Origin: Escherichia phage Baret
Reading direction: 5' to 3' (one strand)
DNA length: 64,000 bases
Sequence record: OR896834.1
Shown: one piece after another, positions 53,452 through 63,039 of the stretch
Layout: each line of letters begins with the position of its first letter
Numbering within the stretch: position 1 is the first letter of the stretch
Notes under the pieces: generated by a model
What the model was told of the DNA's origin: nothing
The model's database searches: none
What the model saw: only the letters and a program-made list of their open reading frames with translations
Position numbers and translations under genes: made by a program

Positions 53452-53697
53452 ATGTTAGCGGAACAAGCAAAACGTTTAGCTAGGATAAATAGAGCCGCGT
53501 CCCTTAAGAGCCGAAAGAAAACGTATAGATGGGTTAAGCGGAGGATAGTATCTTCTGTAGAGATTGGAGGTTCTTTTGTACAGCTTAATCGTGACGAAAT
53601 TAGTTATGAAGCTATAAAAGCCCTCAATAAAGAGGGTTATACTCTAAAACTATCAAATAATTATGGTACAACTATTTTAAATGTTATTTGGGAATAA
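53452..53697 (+). CDS. hypothetical protein (81 aa)
   Basis: Track ORF. Confidence 0.45.
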   Translation: MLAEQAKRLARINRAASLKSRKKTYRWVKRRIVSSVEIGGSFVQLNRDEISYEAIKALNKEGYTLKLSNNYGTTILNVIWE

Positions 53698-53699
53698 TT

Positions 53700-54563
53700 A
53701 TGAAAAAAGAATTTAATGTGCATAAAACACTAGTAGTACCTGATGATGTTAACTTATTCTTTGTTGGTGATATTCATGGATGCAACGATTTGCTAGAAGA
53801 TGCACTACAATTAGCTGGCTATAACGGCAAGAAAGATTGCGTTGTATGCGTGGGAGATTTAATTGATCGAGGCACACAGAATCTGCAAGTTTTAGCCAAA
53901 TTCCTGTATAATCCACGCTTTATCAGTGTCCGTGGTAATCATGACCAATTTATGATTGTGGGAGATTGGGCTAACTGGATGTATAACGGTGGTATGTGGG
54001 CTATGAATGAACTAGATGCAGATACCATTAAAAATATTGCCGAAGACATGGCTGAAAAAATGCCAGTATTCCTAACTGTTAAACATCGTGGCAAGAAGTA
54101 TGGTGTTGTTCATGGTGGTGTACCTTTTACGTACAAAGAATGTGGTAACGAAGTAGAAACCCCAGTGTGGGATAACCTTATTGCACAAGTAGAAGCAGCT
54201 AAGGAAGACCCACATGACCACCCCGGATACCATGTTGAACCATACTTATGGGATCGAGATGTAATCCAAGAAATAGGTTTTCACTTAGCTAAAAATGGTG
54301 AAGAACACTCACATTTCCAGCGTTATGCAGGGTTTAAAGAGAAATACATGGTAGAAGTACCTCCGGTTAATGGAGTAGACTTTGTATTTCATGGGCATAC
54401 CGGAGTACCTTACCCGATTTTATACCAGAACCGTGTTTACCTAGATACTGGCGGTGTTTTCAACGGGCAGTTGACGGTTGCGCAGGTTAACGATGAAACT
54501 GGCAAAATCACCACATTTACCACAGACAAAAATGATAGCTGCGGTGTACAGAGGATCCTTTAA
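53700..54563 (+). CDS. Ser/Thr protein phosphatase (PPP-family metallophosphatase)
   Basis: GDIHG, GDLIDRG, GNHD motifs in order; ATG at 53700. Confidence 0.75.
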   Translation: MKKEFNVHKTLVVPDDVNLFFVGDIHGCNDLLEDALQLAGYNGKKDCVVCVGDLIDRGTQNLQVLAKFLYNPRFISVRGNHDQFMIVGDWANWMYNGGMWAMNELDADTIKNIAEDMAEKMPVFLTVKHRGKKYGVVHGGVPFTYKECGNEVETPVWDNLIAQVEAAKEDPHDHPGYHVEPYLWDRDVIQEIGFHLAKNGEEHSHFQRYAGFKEKYMVEVPPVNGVDFVFHGHTGVPYPILYQNRVYLDTGGVFNGQLTVAQVNDETGKITTFTTDKNDSCGVQRIL

Positions 54564-54850
54564 TGAATGATAGAATGAAAGAAGTACAAGAAGAATTACG
54601 AGCAATGCGTATTGATGCCCTTCGTTGGAGGGCATTAGCTAATGCTTTCGTCAAAGGAGATACCGGAGTAATATATTCTGGAATAGCAGTCAATTTTTGT
54701 TTTAATTCTCCTGCTGAAATAGAGATAGAAACAAGGCTTACTACCTACCTTAATGAGGTAGACCTTAAGGAAGGAGAGACTCCAAAGGAGTTTAAAACTA
54801 GAGTATTAACTACCTGGGTTGATAATTTAATACAAAAAAGGAGTAAGTGA
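54563..54850 (+). CDS. hypothetical protein (95 aa)
   Basis: Track ORF. Confidence 0.45.
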   Translation: MNDRMKEVQEELRAMRIDALRWRALANAFVKGDTGVIYSGIAVNFCFNSPAEIEIETRLTTYLNEVDLKEGETPKEFKTRVLTTWVDNLIQKRSK

Positions 54851-55440
54851 TGAAGGTTAAATTCTGGTCAGACTTGCACTTAGACCACCCTGGAGCACTA
54901 CGTTTCCGTCCGTGGTTTAAGAACATGAAAGAGCACGATGAGTATATTCTAGATACTTTGTCCAAGCATATTGGTAAACGAACAAAACTTATTTTGCTAG
55001 GAGATATTGCAGTAGGTCGTGAAGGTCTGGCCAAGTTAAAGTCGGTTATCCACAATGTCCCTAATCAACTCATTATGGGTAATCATGATGCGGAGCGTCA
55101 AGGACTGAGTATTAGGGACTTAGCGGAAGTTTATGACGATATTCAAGCTCTAGGCAAACAGACTGGAGGTGGCAAAAAGTTTTGGCTATCTCACTGCCCT
55201 TTGCATCCCAATGAACTTCGTGGCAAACTAAATATTCACGGACATGTACATACTACTTCTTTACGTGACCCACGTTATATTAATGTCTCATTTGAAATGA
55301 GTAGAACTCCAATTCCACTAGAGGATATTGTGTCTGGTAAGTTTACTAGTTACGATAGAGTGGTTAATTGTACTACCGGCGAGGTATTACAAATAGGAGA
55401 AGACGTAGCTGCTGTATTGCGTGGCGATATAAATGTCTAA
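54850..55440 (+). CDS. calcineurin-like metallophosphoesterase
   Basis: DLHLD, GDIAVG, GNHD, GHVH motifs; AAGGAG RBS. Confidence 0.65.
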   Translation: MKVKFWSDLHLDHPGALRFRPWFKNMKEHDEYILDTLSKHIGKRTKLILLGDIAVGREGLAKLKSVIHNVPNQLIMGNHDAERQGLSIRDLAEVYDDIQALGKQTGGGKKFWLSHCPLHPNELRGKLNIHGHVHTTSLRDPRYINVSFEMSRTPIPLEDIVSGKFTSYDRVVNCTTGEVLQIGEDVAAVLRGDINV

Positions 55441-55555
55441 GTATATAGCTGAGGTTATTATTAAACGAATCATACAGGCGATAGCAATACTTATAATCAT
55501 TTGTATTGCTGTTGGCACAGGATTAGGCATTTTAATTAAAAGTTTTATTTGCTAA
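55433..55555 (+). CDS. possible 40-aa hydrophobic micro-protein
   Basis: ATG overlapping upstream stop; strongly hydrophobic; 3' end overlaps next promoter -35. Confidence 0.25.
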   Translation: MSKYIAEVIIKRIIQAIAILIIICIAVGTGLGILIKSFIC

Positions 55556-55577
55556 AATGCTTAAGTTTCTGTATAAT
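55549..55577 (+). promoter_or_regulatory. sigma70 promoter (TTGCTA-17-TATAAT)
   Basis: ttatttgctaaaatgcttaagtttctgtataat. Confidence 0.65.
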
Positions 55578-55607
55578 TACTGTATAAATTGATGAGAAGG
55601 AATCAAA

Positions 55608-56039
55608 ATGAACAAAGTTGATAAAGCTCTAGTTTTTGCAGCAGCAGATAAGTTTGAACAAGTTAAAGCTACTTTCAGAACCCTGTTTCAGTCCTACGTT
55701 CAGGATAAGTCTAATCCTATTTCTGAACGCTTGATGGTTTGGGAGTGTCATGCTTGTAATGCCCTGCTAATTGCTGATTACCGTAGTGATATAGATAAAG
55801 ATCTTTGTGAAATCCTTATCCCCGAGGAAGCAGAACGTTATCAGTTAATCTCTTTTCAAGATTTAGCAGAACACATCATCCCAGATGATCTTTGGGACAA
55901 GTATTATGGTGATCCTGAAGACGAAGGAATGGCTCCAGAAGCATGTATTGAGTTAATCTGTAAAGATCATCCTGAAATTGCAGAAAAATTTGAAAAAGTT
56001 TTTGCTTCTGAGTTCTCAGGTTTCGTTAACGATTGGTAA
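55608..56039 (+). CDS. hypothetical protein (143 aa)
   Basis: Track ORF, GAGAAGG RBS. Confidence 0.5.
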   Translation: MNKVDKALVFAAADKFEQVKATFRTLFQSYVQDKSNPISERLMVWECHACNALLIADYRSDIDKDLCEILIPEEAERYQLISFQDLAEHIIPDDLWDKYYGDPEDEGMAPEACIELICKDHPEIAEKFEKVFASEFSGFVNDW

Positions 56040-56056
56040 GTAATTAAAAAATTCAG

Positions 56057-56085
56057 TTGCTTTAAGCCTTAAAATTCTGTATAAT
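56057..56085 (+). promoter_or_regulatory. sigma70 promoter (TTGCTT-17-TATAAT)
   Basis: ttgctttaagccttaaaattctgtataat. Confidence 0.65.
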
Positions 56086-56117
56086 AAGTTCATAAATTAA
56101 TGAGAGAGGAAATTCTA

Positions 56118-56369
56118 ATGGAAAACATGACTAAAAATGAAATGGCTAACGTTCTGGCAATTCTCCTCGACATGCAAGGATTTGAGGGGCAACTGATGAA
56201 AATGTCTATTCCGGCGATGAAGAAGATGTATGATTCCCTGAATAAGAATGCTATGGCATTCAACCTTGCAAAACAAGAAGCACGTTTTGCTAAAGAGCAT
56301 CAGGCAACTGCCGAACGTCGTGCAGCATCTTTTGAGCGTGAAGTTAAGCAACTGAAAGGTAAGAAATAA
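56118..56369 (+). CDS. hypothetical protein (83 aa)
   Basis: ATG 8 nt after AGAGAGG. Confidence 0.5.
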   Translation: MENMTKNEMANVLAILLDMQGFEGQLMKMSIPAMKKMYDSLNKNAMAFNLAKQEARFAKEHQATAERRAASFEREVKQLKGKK

Positions 56370-56533
56370 TGGAAAGAATATCCATTTTTATGCTATCACT
56401 CCTTTTAGGAGTGTTAATATATAGTATAGTTTCTCTTCACATACGTTTAGCAGAACTAGACAATTCTATCCACGAGTTAAATGTGGAGATGTGTAAACTA
56501 GTTCCAAACAATGAAAAATGTAAGGATATTTAA
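56369..56533 (+). CDS. hypothetical membrane micro-protein (54 aa), not in ORF track
   Basis: ATG overlapping upstream stop; N-terminal TM helix. Confidence 0.35.
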   Translation: MERISIFMLSLLLGVLIYSIVSLHIRLAELDNSIHELNVEMCKLVPNNEKCKDI

Positions 56534-56814
56534 TGTTGGTTGAAATTCTTATTGGGTTACTAATTCTTACTACGCTAGTAGCGATTGGTGGAGTTATTGG
56601 AGTTGTAAACGCACGAAAAAACATGGAAAGTATGCTCATTACTAATGATGGGCTACACCACCGTTTGCTAGAGCAAGAGCAAGATATTGAAATAGCCCAA
56701 AGACGCTCGGATATTCTTAAGGAAAAATTAAATAATATAGAAGCAATAGTTGGGAATAATAAATTACCTGCTAAAGTAATGCGTACACAGATAATCACGG
56801 AGATTAAAAAATGA
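56533..56814 (+). CDS. hypothetical membrane-anchored protein (93 aa)
   Basis: Track ORF. Confidence 0.45.
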   Translation: MLVEILIGLLILTTLVAIGGVIGVVNARKNMESMLITNDGLHHRLLEQEQDIEIAQRRSDILKEKLNNIEAIVGNNKLPAKVMRTQIITEIKK

Positions 56815-57056
56815 TGATGTTTATTCTAGCATTTTATCTAATCGTGGTGGGAGTTCTAGTTACTAAGTACCATACATGGGCACCAAAGAATGTAGTTAAG
56901 GTAGCACTATTTGTTATCCCAGTTCCACTTATTATACTTTCTATGTTACTGGTGATGTTAATCGGTAAAGTAACAAAAACAGATGTTAAGCGCATTGCTG
57001 ACGAATTGCAACAGTCCTGTGATATGATTGAGGATATTCTTAAAGATGAAACTTAA
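56811..57056 (+). CDS. hypothetical membrane protein (81 aa)
   Basis: Track ORF. Confidence 0.45.
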   Translation: MMMFILAFYLIVVGVLVTKYHTWAPKNVVKVALFVIPVPLIILSMLLVMLIGKVTKTDVKRIADELQQSCDMIEDILKDET

Positions 57057-57372
57057 TTTTAACGAATTAAATACTTTGCATGAGCTGTTACAGTTTGTAA
57101 ATAATAATATTAGTATTCCAGATGACACACTAGAAGTTCTCATGGTAATCGAGAAAAAGGTAGGAAATGAAATTGAGGACTCTTGGAAACCGCTCTCTGA
57201 ACTGACACCTCTCAAAATGAAGGTGGTTGTTAAAAATATTGAAACTGGAGAAGAACGTGAGATGGTTCGTACAGAACTGGCGAATAGTTACTCTCCAACG
57301 TCTGTAGTGATGCAACATGATGATGTTTCCGAAGTTCTACAGACAGCTAATTACGTATGGCGTCTCCCATGA
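57046..57372 (+). CDS. hypothetical protein (108 aa)
   Basis: ATG at 57046. Confidence 0.45.
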   Translation: MKLNFNELNTLHELLQFVNNNISIPDDTLEVLMVIEKKVGNEIEDSWKPLSELTPLKMKVVVKNIETGEEREMVRTELANSYSPTSVVMQHDDVSEVLQTANYVWRLP

Positions 57373-57471
57373 TTGATTTAGTACCAATTACTGCGTGGCT
57401 AATAGCACTATTAGTGCTCGCAGTTTTCATTATTGTGGAGCAGGCCAAAGTAATAAGGAGACTTAAAAACA

Positions 57472-57672
57472 ATGATAAAACGTCTTGTTTATCAGGCACC
57501 AAAGATTGTAACTGAGTATTTTGTATTACTGCCTAAGATTGTATTTCTAACAGCATTATTTAATATACTTTTTCGACATCTAGGAATAACGGAAAATATC
57601 TTCTACACTTCTGGACTACTTCCTTTTATGTACGAAGGCATCATCGTGGCAATTAACGGAGTTCGTAAATGA
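57472..57672 (+). CDS. hypothetical membrane protein (66 aa)
   Basis: Track ORF; an alternative overlapping small ORF from 57369 exists. Confidence 0.35.
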   Translation: MIKRLVYQAPKIVTEYFVLLPKIVFLTALFNILFRHLGITENIFYTSGLLPFMYEGIIVAINGVRK

Positions 57673-58130
57673 CAGCACTACAACAACTACAGAATTACTG
57701 GTTTGATAACCAATTTAATGATCTCTTCATCCAGTTGTTTGTCGAAACGAACGGACGCTTCAACTACCGATTCTTTAATAAGTTTCACGAAACAAAATTC
57801 TCGCATACAGAAATTAATGCAGCGATCCAAGACCTAACTGGTTCTAAAGTAGTTCAATATCGTGAAGTAGACTTTACACCAGATTGTTTTGGATTTGAAT
57901 TGTTTAAGAAAGCGTATAAATTTGGTAAGTTTGAAGACGCTCGTCAATGGGTTCACGATTTTTGGTATAACACCGATATTGTCCCTAGTCGCGTGCTGAT
58001 TCTTAACTGGATTGCTAAGCAACATCCACCTAAAACGCAATCATCCTTCTTACCGACTGACACAGGAAACCTCTACCATGACAGAAAAGAAAAATCCATT
58101 ATTGGAGCAGATGAAGGAGTGGGAGAGTAA
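57669..58130 (+). CDS. hypothetical protein (153 aa)
   Basis: Track ORF. Confidence 0.5.
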   Translation: MTALQQLQNYWFDNQFNDLFIQLFVETNGRFNYRFFNKFHETKFSHTEINAAIQDLTGSKVVQYREVDFTPDCFGFELFKKAYKFGKFEDARQWVHDFWYNTDIVPSRVLILNWIAKQHPPKTQSSFLPTDTGNLYHDRKEKSIIGADEGVGE

Positions 58131-58449
58131 TATTGAAACTGGTCTAATAGACGGTGAAGATATTGTCAACTCCATGCTAGAAGTAACAGTAGATAATATT
58201 AATCCTATTTTGGCTGGAGAAACCTCAGATCTTATAGGACTCTCTAGCACATTTGATTCTTTGGCTAAATTAGCTTTAGACGATGAAGAGATAACCAAAG
58301 AAGATCTCGCTACAGCTATGAATATGGCTATTAATGCTTACATCGGTAAACGTACTGATGAACTTGGTAAACAGATCAATAAGCGTGATGCTACGCTAGG
58401 TCTTATGGAAACGGCCACTATGTTAAGAAGTGGTAAACAACTTCATTAA
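58078..58449 (+). CDS. hypothetical protein (123 aa)
   Basis: ATG (MTEKKNPLL) after AGGAAA; overlaps upstream gene. Confidence 0.45.
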   Translation: MTEKKNPLLEQMKEWESNIETGLIDGEDIVNSMLEVTVDNINPILAGETSDLIGLSSTFDSLAKLALDDEEITKEDLATAMNMAINAYIGKRTDELGKQINKRDATLGLMETATMLRSGKQLH

Positions 58450-58457
58450 TTTTAGGA

Positions 58458-58486
58458 GGCCAGGACTTAATTGTTCTGGCCTTTTA
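58458..58486 (+). terminator. Rho-independent terminator
   Basis: GGCCAG...CTGGCC hairpin followed by TTTTATGTTTT. Confidence 0.65.
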
Positions 58487-58505
58487 TGTTTTCAAGGAAT
58501 ATAAT

Positions 58506-58703
58506 ATGAAAGCACTAGATAATTACTTAAAGGCTAAATATAGTCCTACAGAAGATCAATCTGCTGTAACTTGTGAAATAAGTCGAAATAATACAGTACG
58601 ATTGGCTCAAAAAGGCGGGGGAACATCTGCCAGTATTATTTGGCTATCCGAAGAACAAGCAAAAGACTTGTACCATAAACTAGACAAGTTATTTAACAGG
58701 TAG
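58506..58703 (+). CDS. hypothetical protein (65 aa)
   Basis: Track ORF. Confidence 0.45.
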   Translation: MKALDNYLKAKYSPTEDQSAVTCEISRNNTVRLAQKGGGTSASIIWLSEEQAKDLYHKLDKLFNR

Positions 58704-58704
58704 T

Positions 58705-59151
58705 ATGAGAGAAAAAGTAAATGAATTATTAATCGAGGAAGCTAACAACTTTCCAATAAATAGGTTCATCAAATCGGATGGATCTATTAATAGAACTAAA
58801 ATTAAACAGCTACATCCCGACTTCCAACAAGAAGCACTAAACCTTATATTTATCAAGAAAGCTGTTGCAGCTCATGGAGCTTTCTTCGGGTATGAGCGTG
58901 TAAATTATAAGACAATGCAACAGCAAGTTGAGATCTATTGTCCAGATCACGATGGTTATTACTGGCAGACTGCTAGATCTCATTTAGAAGGGCATGGTTG
59001 CCGACTGTGTGCACACAAGGTTGTGCAGCGTGTCACGGATTATGGAACTTATACCGTACCAGCATGTTACCATAAATTTGTAATTGACGATAATCATATA
59101 GTTTGGTATAATAAGTTTTCAAAGCTAAGAATGGAGATAAGTAGTGAGTAG
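58705..59151 (+). CDS. hypothetical protein with Cys/His-rich domain; paralogue of N-terminus of 61160-61888
   Basis: LHPDFQQEALNLIFI...YERVNYKT...QTARSHLEGHGC-x2-CA shared with downstream gene. Confidence 0.5.
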   Translation: MREKVNELLIEEANNFPINRFIKSDGSINRTKIKQLHPDFQQEALNLIFIKKAVAAHGAFFGYERVNYKTMQQQVEIYCPDHDGYYWQTARSHLEGHGCRLCAHKVVQRVTDYGTYTVPACYHKFVIDDNHIVWYNKFSKLRMEISSE

Positions 59152-59434
59152 CTATATTGTATGGTCAAACCCACTAGCAGCACTTAGTAACAAACTATTT
59201 AAAACAACGTGGGGATATAATGAAATAGACTTAGGTAGTCGCCCAATACCAAACAAACACCCCTTAGTTCCAGAGCTGTATAGGGTAGGGATAAATGGCA
59301 CGGAGTATTTGGTTGATAAATTTGACAGAAAACGTCTACTAGAGGGTATCTACGATAATTCTACATCGATAAATGAATTAGTAGAACATGCCCAAATATA
59401 TGATAAAAGCTGGATGTTAATATGGAGATCATAG
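59144..59434 (+). CDS. hypothetical protein (96 aa)
   Basis: Track ORF. Confidence 0.45.
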   Translation: MSSYIVWSNPLAALSNKLFKTTWGYNEIDLGSRPIPNKHPLVPELYRVGINGTEYLVDKFDRKRLLEGIYDNSTSINELVEHAQIYDKSWMLIWRS

Positions 59435-59646
59435 TAATTATTTTAGCAGTTATGTTATTTATTGTAACATTTGCTATTATGCGCAGAGCTAGAGAACTAG
59501 CGGAAGATATAACAAAATTACGTGGTGAGTTGGCTGCTCTTAAATTACAGCGAGAGGCTTTAAAGTTGTTTGTGGTTCAGGGTAGCGTAGAGCATACAGC
59601 AGAAGACTTCATCATATATCTCAAACGTTACATGGGAGTTAAATAA
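59422..59646 (+). CDS. hypothetical membrane protein (74 aa)
   Basis: Track ORF. Confidence 0.4.
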   Translation: MEIIVIILAVMLFIVTFAIMRRARELAEDITKLRGELAALKLQREALKLFVVQGSVEHTAEDFIIYLKRYMGVK

Positions 59647-59831
59647 TGGAAACTCTTTTTCTTTTAATGCTCGTAGGTTCCTTGCTAGTTATATTAGCAC
59701 TTCTACTGATCTGCAATATTCTTAATAATAAGAATCTAGAGCTAAAGTGTGAAAACCAAATCCTTAATCGTGAACTTAAACAATATAACATAGCAGCGCA
59801 CAAGCTACTAGACAAATTGGAGAATAAGTAA
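59646..59831 (+). CDS. hypothetical membrane protein (61 aa)
   Basis: Track ORF. Confidence 0.4.
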   Translation: METLFLLMLVGSLLVILALLLICNILNNKNLELKCENQILNRELKQYNIAAHKLLDKLENK

Positions 59832-60442
59832 TGACTTTATATGCACAACAACCTGTTCAAGTAGTACCAGACCATGAATTAAATACATGGGATTATGATT
59901 TTAAAGACTTAACTGCCACTGTACAGTTCAAATCTATGAAGCTAACCTTTGCGCACACTAATATTAAAGCATGTAAAGATTTTGAAGGTAGGCTCAACAA
60001 CGCTCGTAAGATTTTTGGCAAGGCTCGCATCCCAGCTGATAATCTAATTAATACACTAATCGATGCTGGTTATAAACTTGTAAAGACTGAGGTTAACCGT
60101 CCTAGTACTCCTGTGACTATTCGAGATCCGTGGCAGTCAGGGCCAATTACAATGTGGAACAGCCCTAAAATAACGTCGGATTTGCACAATGTTCCATGCG
60201 GTGGCGTTATAGAAAATAATTCCTCATATCGAGTTGGTGAAGATTATGGACCTTCTGCACAATTGAAACATACTCAAGAAGCTTTTGAATCTGATATGAA
60301 AAGCGTAGCGCCTGTGGATACTGAAGGTTTTAGAAGTCCCATCTATGTTACTCACTTTAATAATCTTAGGCCTGGGGGTATAAATGATACTATCCTTGAA
60401 GCGTTGGGAGCTGCTATTAATGAAGATAAGAGGGGTAATTAA
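59831..60442 (+). CDS. hypothetical protein (203 aa)
   Basis: Track ORF. Confidence 0.5.
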   Translation: MTLYAQQPVQVVPDHELNTWDYDFKDLTATVQFKSMKLTFAHTNIKACKDFEGRLNNARKIFGKARIPADNLINTLIDAGYKLVKTEVNRPSTPVTIRDPWQSGPITMWNSPKITSDLHNVPCGGVIENNSSYRVGEDYGPSAQLKHTQEAFESDMKSVAPVDTEGFRSPIYVTHFNNLRPGGINDTILEALGAAINEDKRGN

Positions 60443-61167
60443 TGAGTATAAAAAAGAATTTAGCAGAGATTATTAAGTTAGCTAGAGCTTGTAATGGAAA
60501 ATGTGTTTCTCAGCTTAATGAACTAGAGGCACATGCAGTAGCGTTTTGTGCAGAGTTTTACCCTGCATATATTAACGCTAGTGGACAGCCGAAATATAAT
60601 AAGGATGCCGAAGAAGTTACGTTAGCTCCTTCATATATTAGCTTGCGTCGTTTAATTCAAACCGTTGATCCTACTATTAAAGGATTCTCAGCAGATTCAT
60701 TCCACGTCTTTGCAGATAAAGAACTCCCGTATTTTAAAGAAGGAAATGCAAAGTCATGTTTAGAATGTTATCCTAATATACTGATGATTCCTCAAAAGCA
60801 ATGTAAATACGATCATCTTCCTAGACTTACAAAGAAAGTAGCACCACCTTATTCTTCTCTATCTGAATTAAAGCTAGGAATTGTATCTACACTTGCGCAG
60901 ATTCATCTAAGTATAGTTGACGACTCAACAACATCTAACCCTATTCTAGACGCTGCTCACTTTGAAATTTTACGTGATCCTGAACAAGCTAGAAAAGTTG
61001 CTAAGTCTGTTAAGTTTGATATATCAACAATTCTTGACACTAAACAAGAAACTAGACCTAGAGGAAGTGTAGATTATTCTGCGCTAAATTCCGAGTCATC
61101 TTACTTAGCAACATTCCTTTTCATGGCGTCAAAAGGGGTTATTCTAAAGGTTAATAAAGATGGATGA
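60442..61167 (+). CDS. hypothetical protein (241 aa)
   Basis: Track ORF. Confidence 0.5.
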   Translation: MSIKKNLAEIIKLARACNGKCVSQLNELEAHAVAFCAEFYPAYINASGQPKYNKDAEEVTLAPSYISLRRLIQTVDPTIKGFSADSFHVFADKELPYFKEGNAKSCLECYPNILMIPQKQCKYDHLPRLTKKVAPPYSSLSELKLGIVSTLAQIHLSIVDDSTTSNPILDAAHFEILRDPEQARKVAKSVKFDISTILDTKQETRPRGSVDYSALNSESSYLATFLFMASKGVILKVNKDG

Positions 61168-61888
61168 TTTACGTGCTGAAATTAATAAAAAGTTACGAGA
61201 GGAAGCCCGGAGGTTTCCTCTTAAAAACTTTTTGAAGTCAAATGGCTCTACTAATATAACGAAGATTAGGCAACTTCACCCTGACTTCCAACAAGAGGCC
61301 TTAAACCTTATCTTTATTAGGAAAGCTTTAAAAGTCCAGAAAGAAGAGTATGGGTATGAAAGAGTTAATTATAAGACAGCCAATCAGTTAGTAGAGATAT
61401 GGTGCTATAAACATAAAGGATACTTTATGCAAACTGCTAGATCTCACCTAGATGGGCACGGTTGTTTACAATGTGCTAGGGAAAGCAACCTAAATACACC
61501 TATCGAGAAACCGGAGGTAGAAGAAGATGTTCAGTCCCCCACATATCTCTATATCTTCTCTAATAAAGATCAGTCTAGGAAGAAATTAAAGACAAAGATT
61601 GGGGTTTCTAGAGAGCCACATCAAAGGTTTAAGAATCTAGAGTATGATAAATTGCGTGTGCCGGGTTTTGAAGATATGGAAGTATTTGGTATCTACCAGT
61701 ATAAGAAAGGATCGAAAGAACTCGCTTACAAAATAGAACACCAAGCACATAAATTTTTCGAGAATAAATTTGCTAACCATTATAAATTCGATGGAGCAAA
61801 AGAGATATTCAACATTAAAGCTGTAGAGGCAGAAGAATATCTATTAAGTCAAGGTTGCATAAAAATTTACCCAACTCCAAACTCATGA
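61160..61888 (+). CDS. two-domain protein: Cys/His-rich N-domain (paralogue of 58705) + T5orf172/GIY-YIG-like C-domain; possible homing-endonuclease-like
   Basis: N-domain shared with 58705-59151; C-domain TYLYIFSNKDQSRKKLKTKIGVSREPHQRFKNL resembles the T5orf172 signature also seen at 38294. Confidence 0.5.
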   Translation: MDDLRAEINKKLREEARRFPLKNFLKSNGSTNITKIRQLHPDFQQEALNLIFIRKALKVQKEEYGYERVNYKTANQLVEIWCYKHKGYFMQTARSHLDGHGCLQCARESNLNTPIEKPEVEEDVQSPTYLYIFSNKDQSRKKLKTKIGVSREPHQRFKNLEYDKLRVPGFEDMEVFGIYQYKKGSKELAYKIEHQAHKFFENKFANHYKFDGAKEIFNIKAVEAEEYLLSQGCIKIYPTPNS

Positions 61889-61915
61889 CAAAAATTTAAA
61901 AGTAACGAAATCTGC

Positions 61916-61945
61916 TTGACATTCGTGAGAATAATGTGTTATAAT
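61916..61945 (+). promoter_or_regulatory. consensus sigma70 promoter (TTGACA-18-TATAAT) firing into the repeat region
   Basis: ttgacattcgtgagaataatgtgttataat; no ORF with RBS downstream. Confidence 0.6.
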
Positions 61946-62353
61946 AATCTCATAGATTAAAAACATCAACTTGTTTTTACCTCTAGGCCGTAGATTTACA
62001 TCATTCCTCGTAGGAAAACACTTGATGACGGTTCTGTTCGCAGGTTCTCGTCAATTGTTCTTCCACACCGAGACTTAGGAGGATGTATCAAATCGCACGC
62101 GCCTAGAGGGACTAACTCTCATGAAATGGGGGTATATTTACTTTTAAATAACTAAAAAATATTTAAAGGCAATATCTGTGTTCAAGATGATACACCTGTT
62201 GCCGCTCATCTGCTAGGATGGCACAACACTTTCTTCTAGACTCCTAAGTTTCTAGGAATAGTTGAGCACTAACTCTAGAGTTTACATTAAACTTTAAATC
62301 TGCTTCTCTAGTTAACTCAGGCGGTTTTCATATTCCTAGAAACTCCAGCAATA

Positions 62354-62390
62354 GGCGGTTAATACAGGGCGGTTATAGGGAGGGCGGTTA
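62354..62390. repeat. three direct copies of GGCGGTTA
   Basis: taGGCGGTTAatacagGGCGGTTAtagggagGGCGGTTAttt. Confidence 0.6.
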
Positions 62391-62433
62391 TTTCTAAGAG
62401 ACATTTTTTGAAAACACATTTCCAGAAATTACT

Positions 62434-63034
62434 GTCGGATTTGCACATTGTGTTTCTAGAAATTTATGGTCGGATTTGCACAAACGCCTAAGTTTTTAGG
62501 AACTCTTACTCTCCTGAAAATACCAGCATTATTTCGGGCCGAAGGCCCGTGATTGCCTGAGTTTTTAGAGCCACAGAAATTTTCACTTGTCAAGCTATTT
62601 TGCCACCTTTAGCAAATAAAATCTTACTTTATCTCCACTAATCTCAAATTAACCCAAATCTTCTCAACTCTTCCCCAAAAACGCAGCAAATCAGGTGCTC
62701 CGCACCAAACATGCTGCTCCTCCAGTTTCTCCTCTTATTTTCTCTCGCTCTCTCATCTTCTCCTCAAACCTATACAATCACACACTCTCCAATCGAAGTC
62801 ACAAAAATCTTGTCGGTTTCGCACACCTCAACACATGTCGGATCTGCACATATTCTAGCTAATTCCACAGGATTCGAACGCAGTTCGTGATTGCTGGAGT
62901 TTCTAGAAAAATTCATTGTCGGATTTGCACACTATAAAAATTTTTCGGGTCGGATTTGCACACTACCAAAAATTGTCGGATTCGCACATACACGCCCACA
63001 CGTAACACCCGTGGAGCAATGTCGGATTTGCACA
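62434..63034. repeat. eight dispersed direct repeats, consensus GTCGGATTTGCACA
   Basis: Copies at ~62434, 62469, 62812, 62837, 62918, 62949, 62975, 63021 (variants GTCGGTTTCGCACA, GTCGGATCTGCACA, GTCGGATTCGCACA); irregular spacing. Confidence 0.8.
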
Positions 63035-63039
63035 AAAGC

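Noticed and set aside
62434-63034. GTCGGATTTGCACA repeats as a CRISPR array
   Set aside because: Repeats are 14 bp with irregular spacing (25-340 bp), no uniform spacers and no cas genes.
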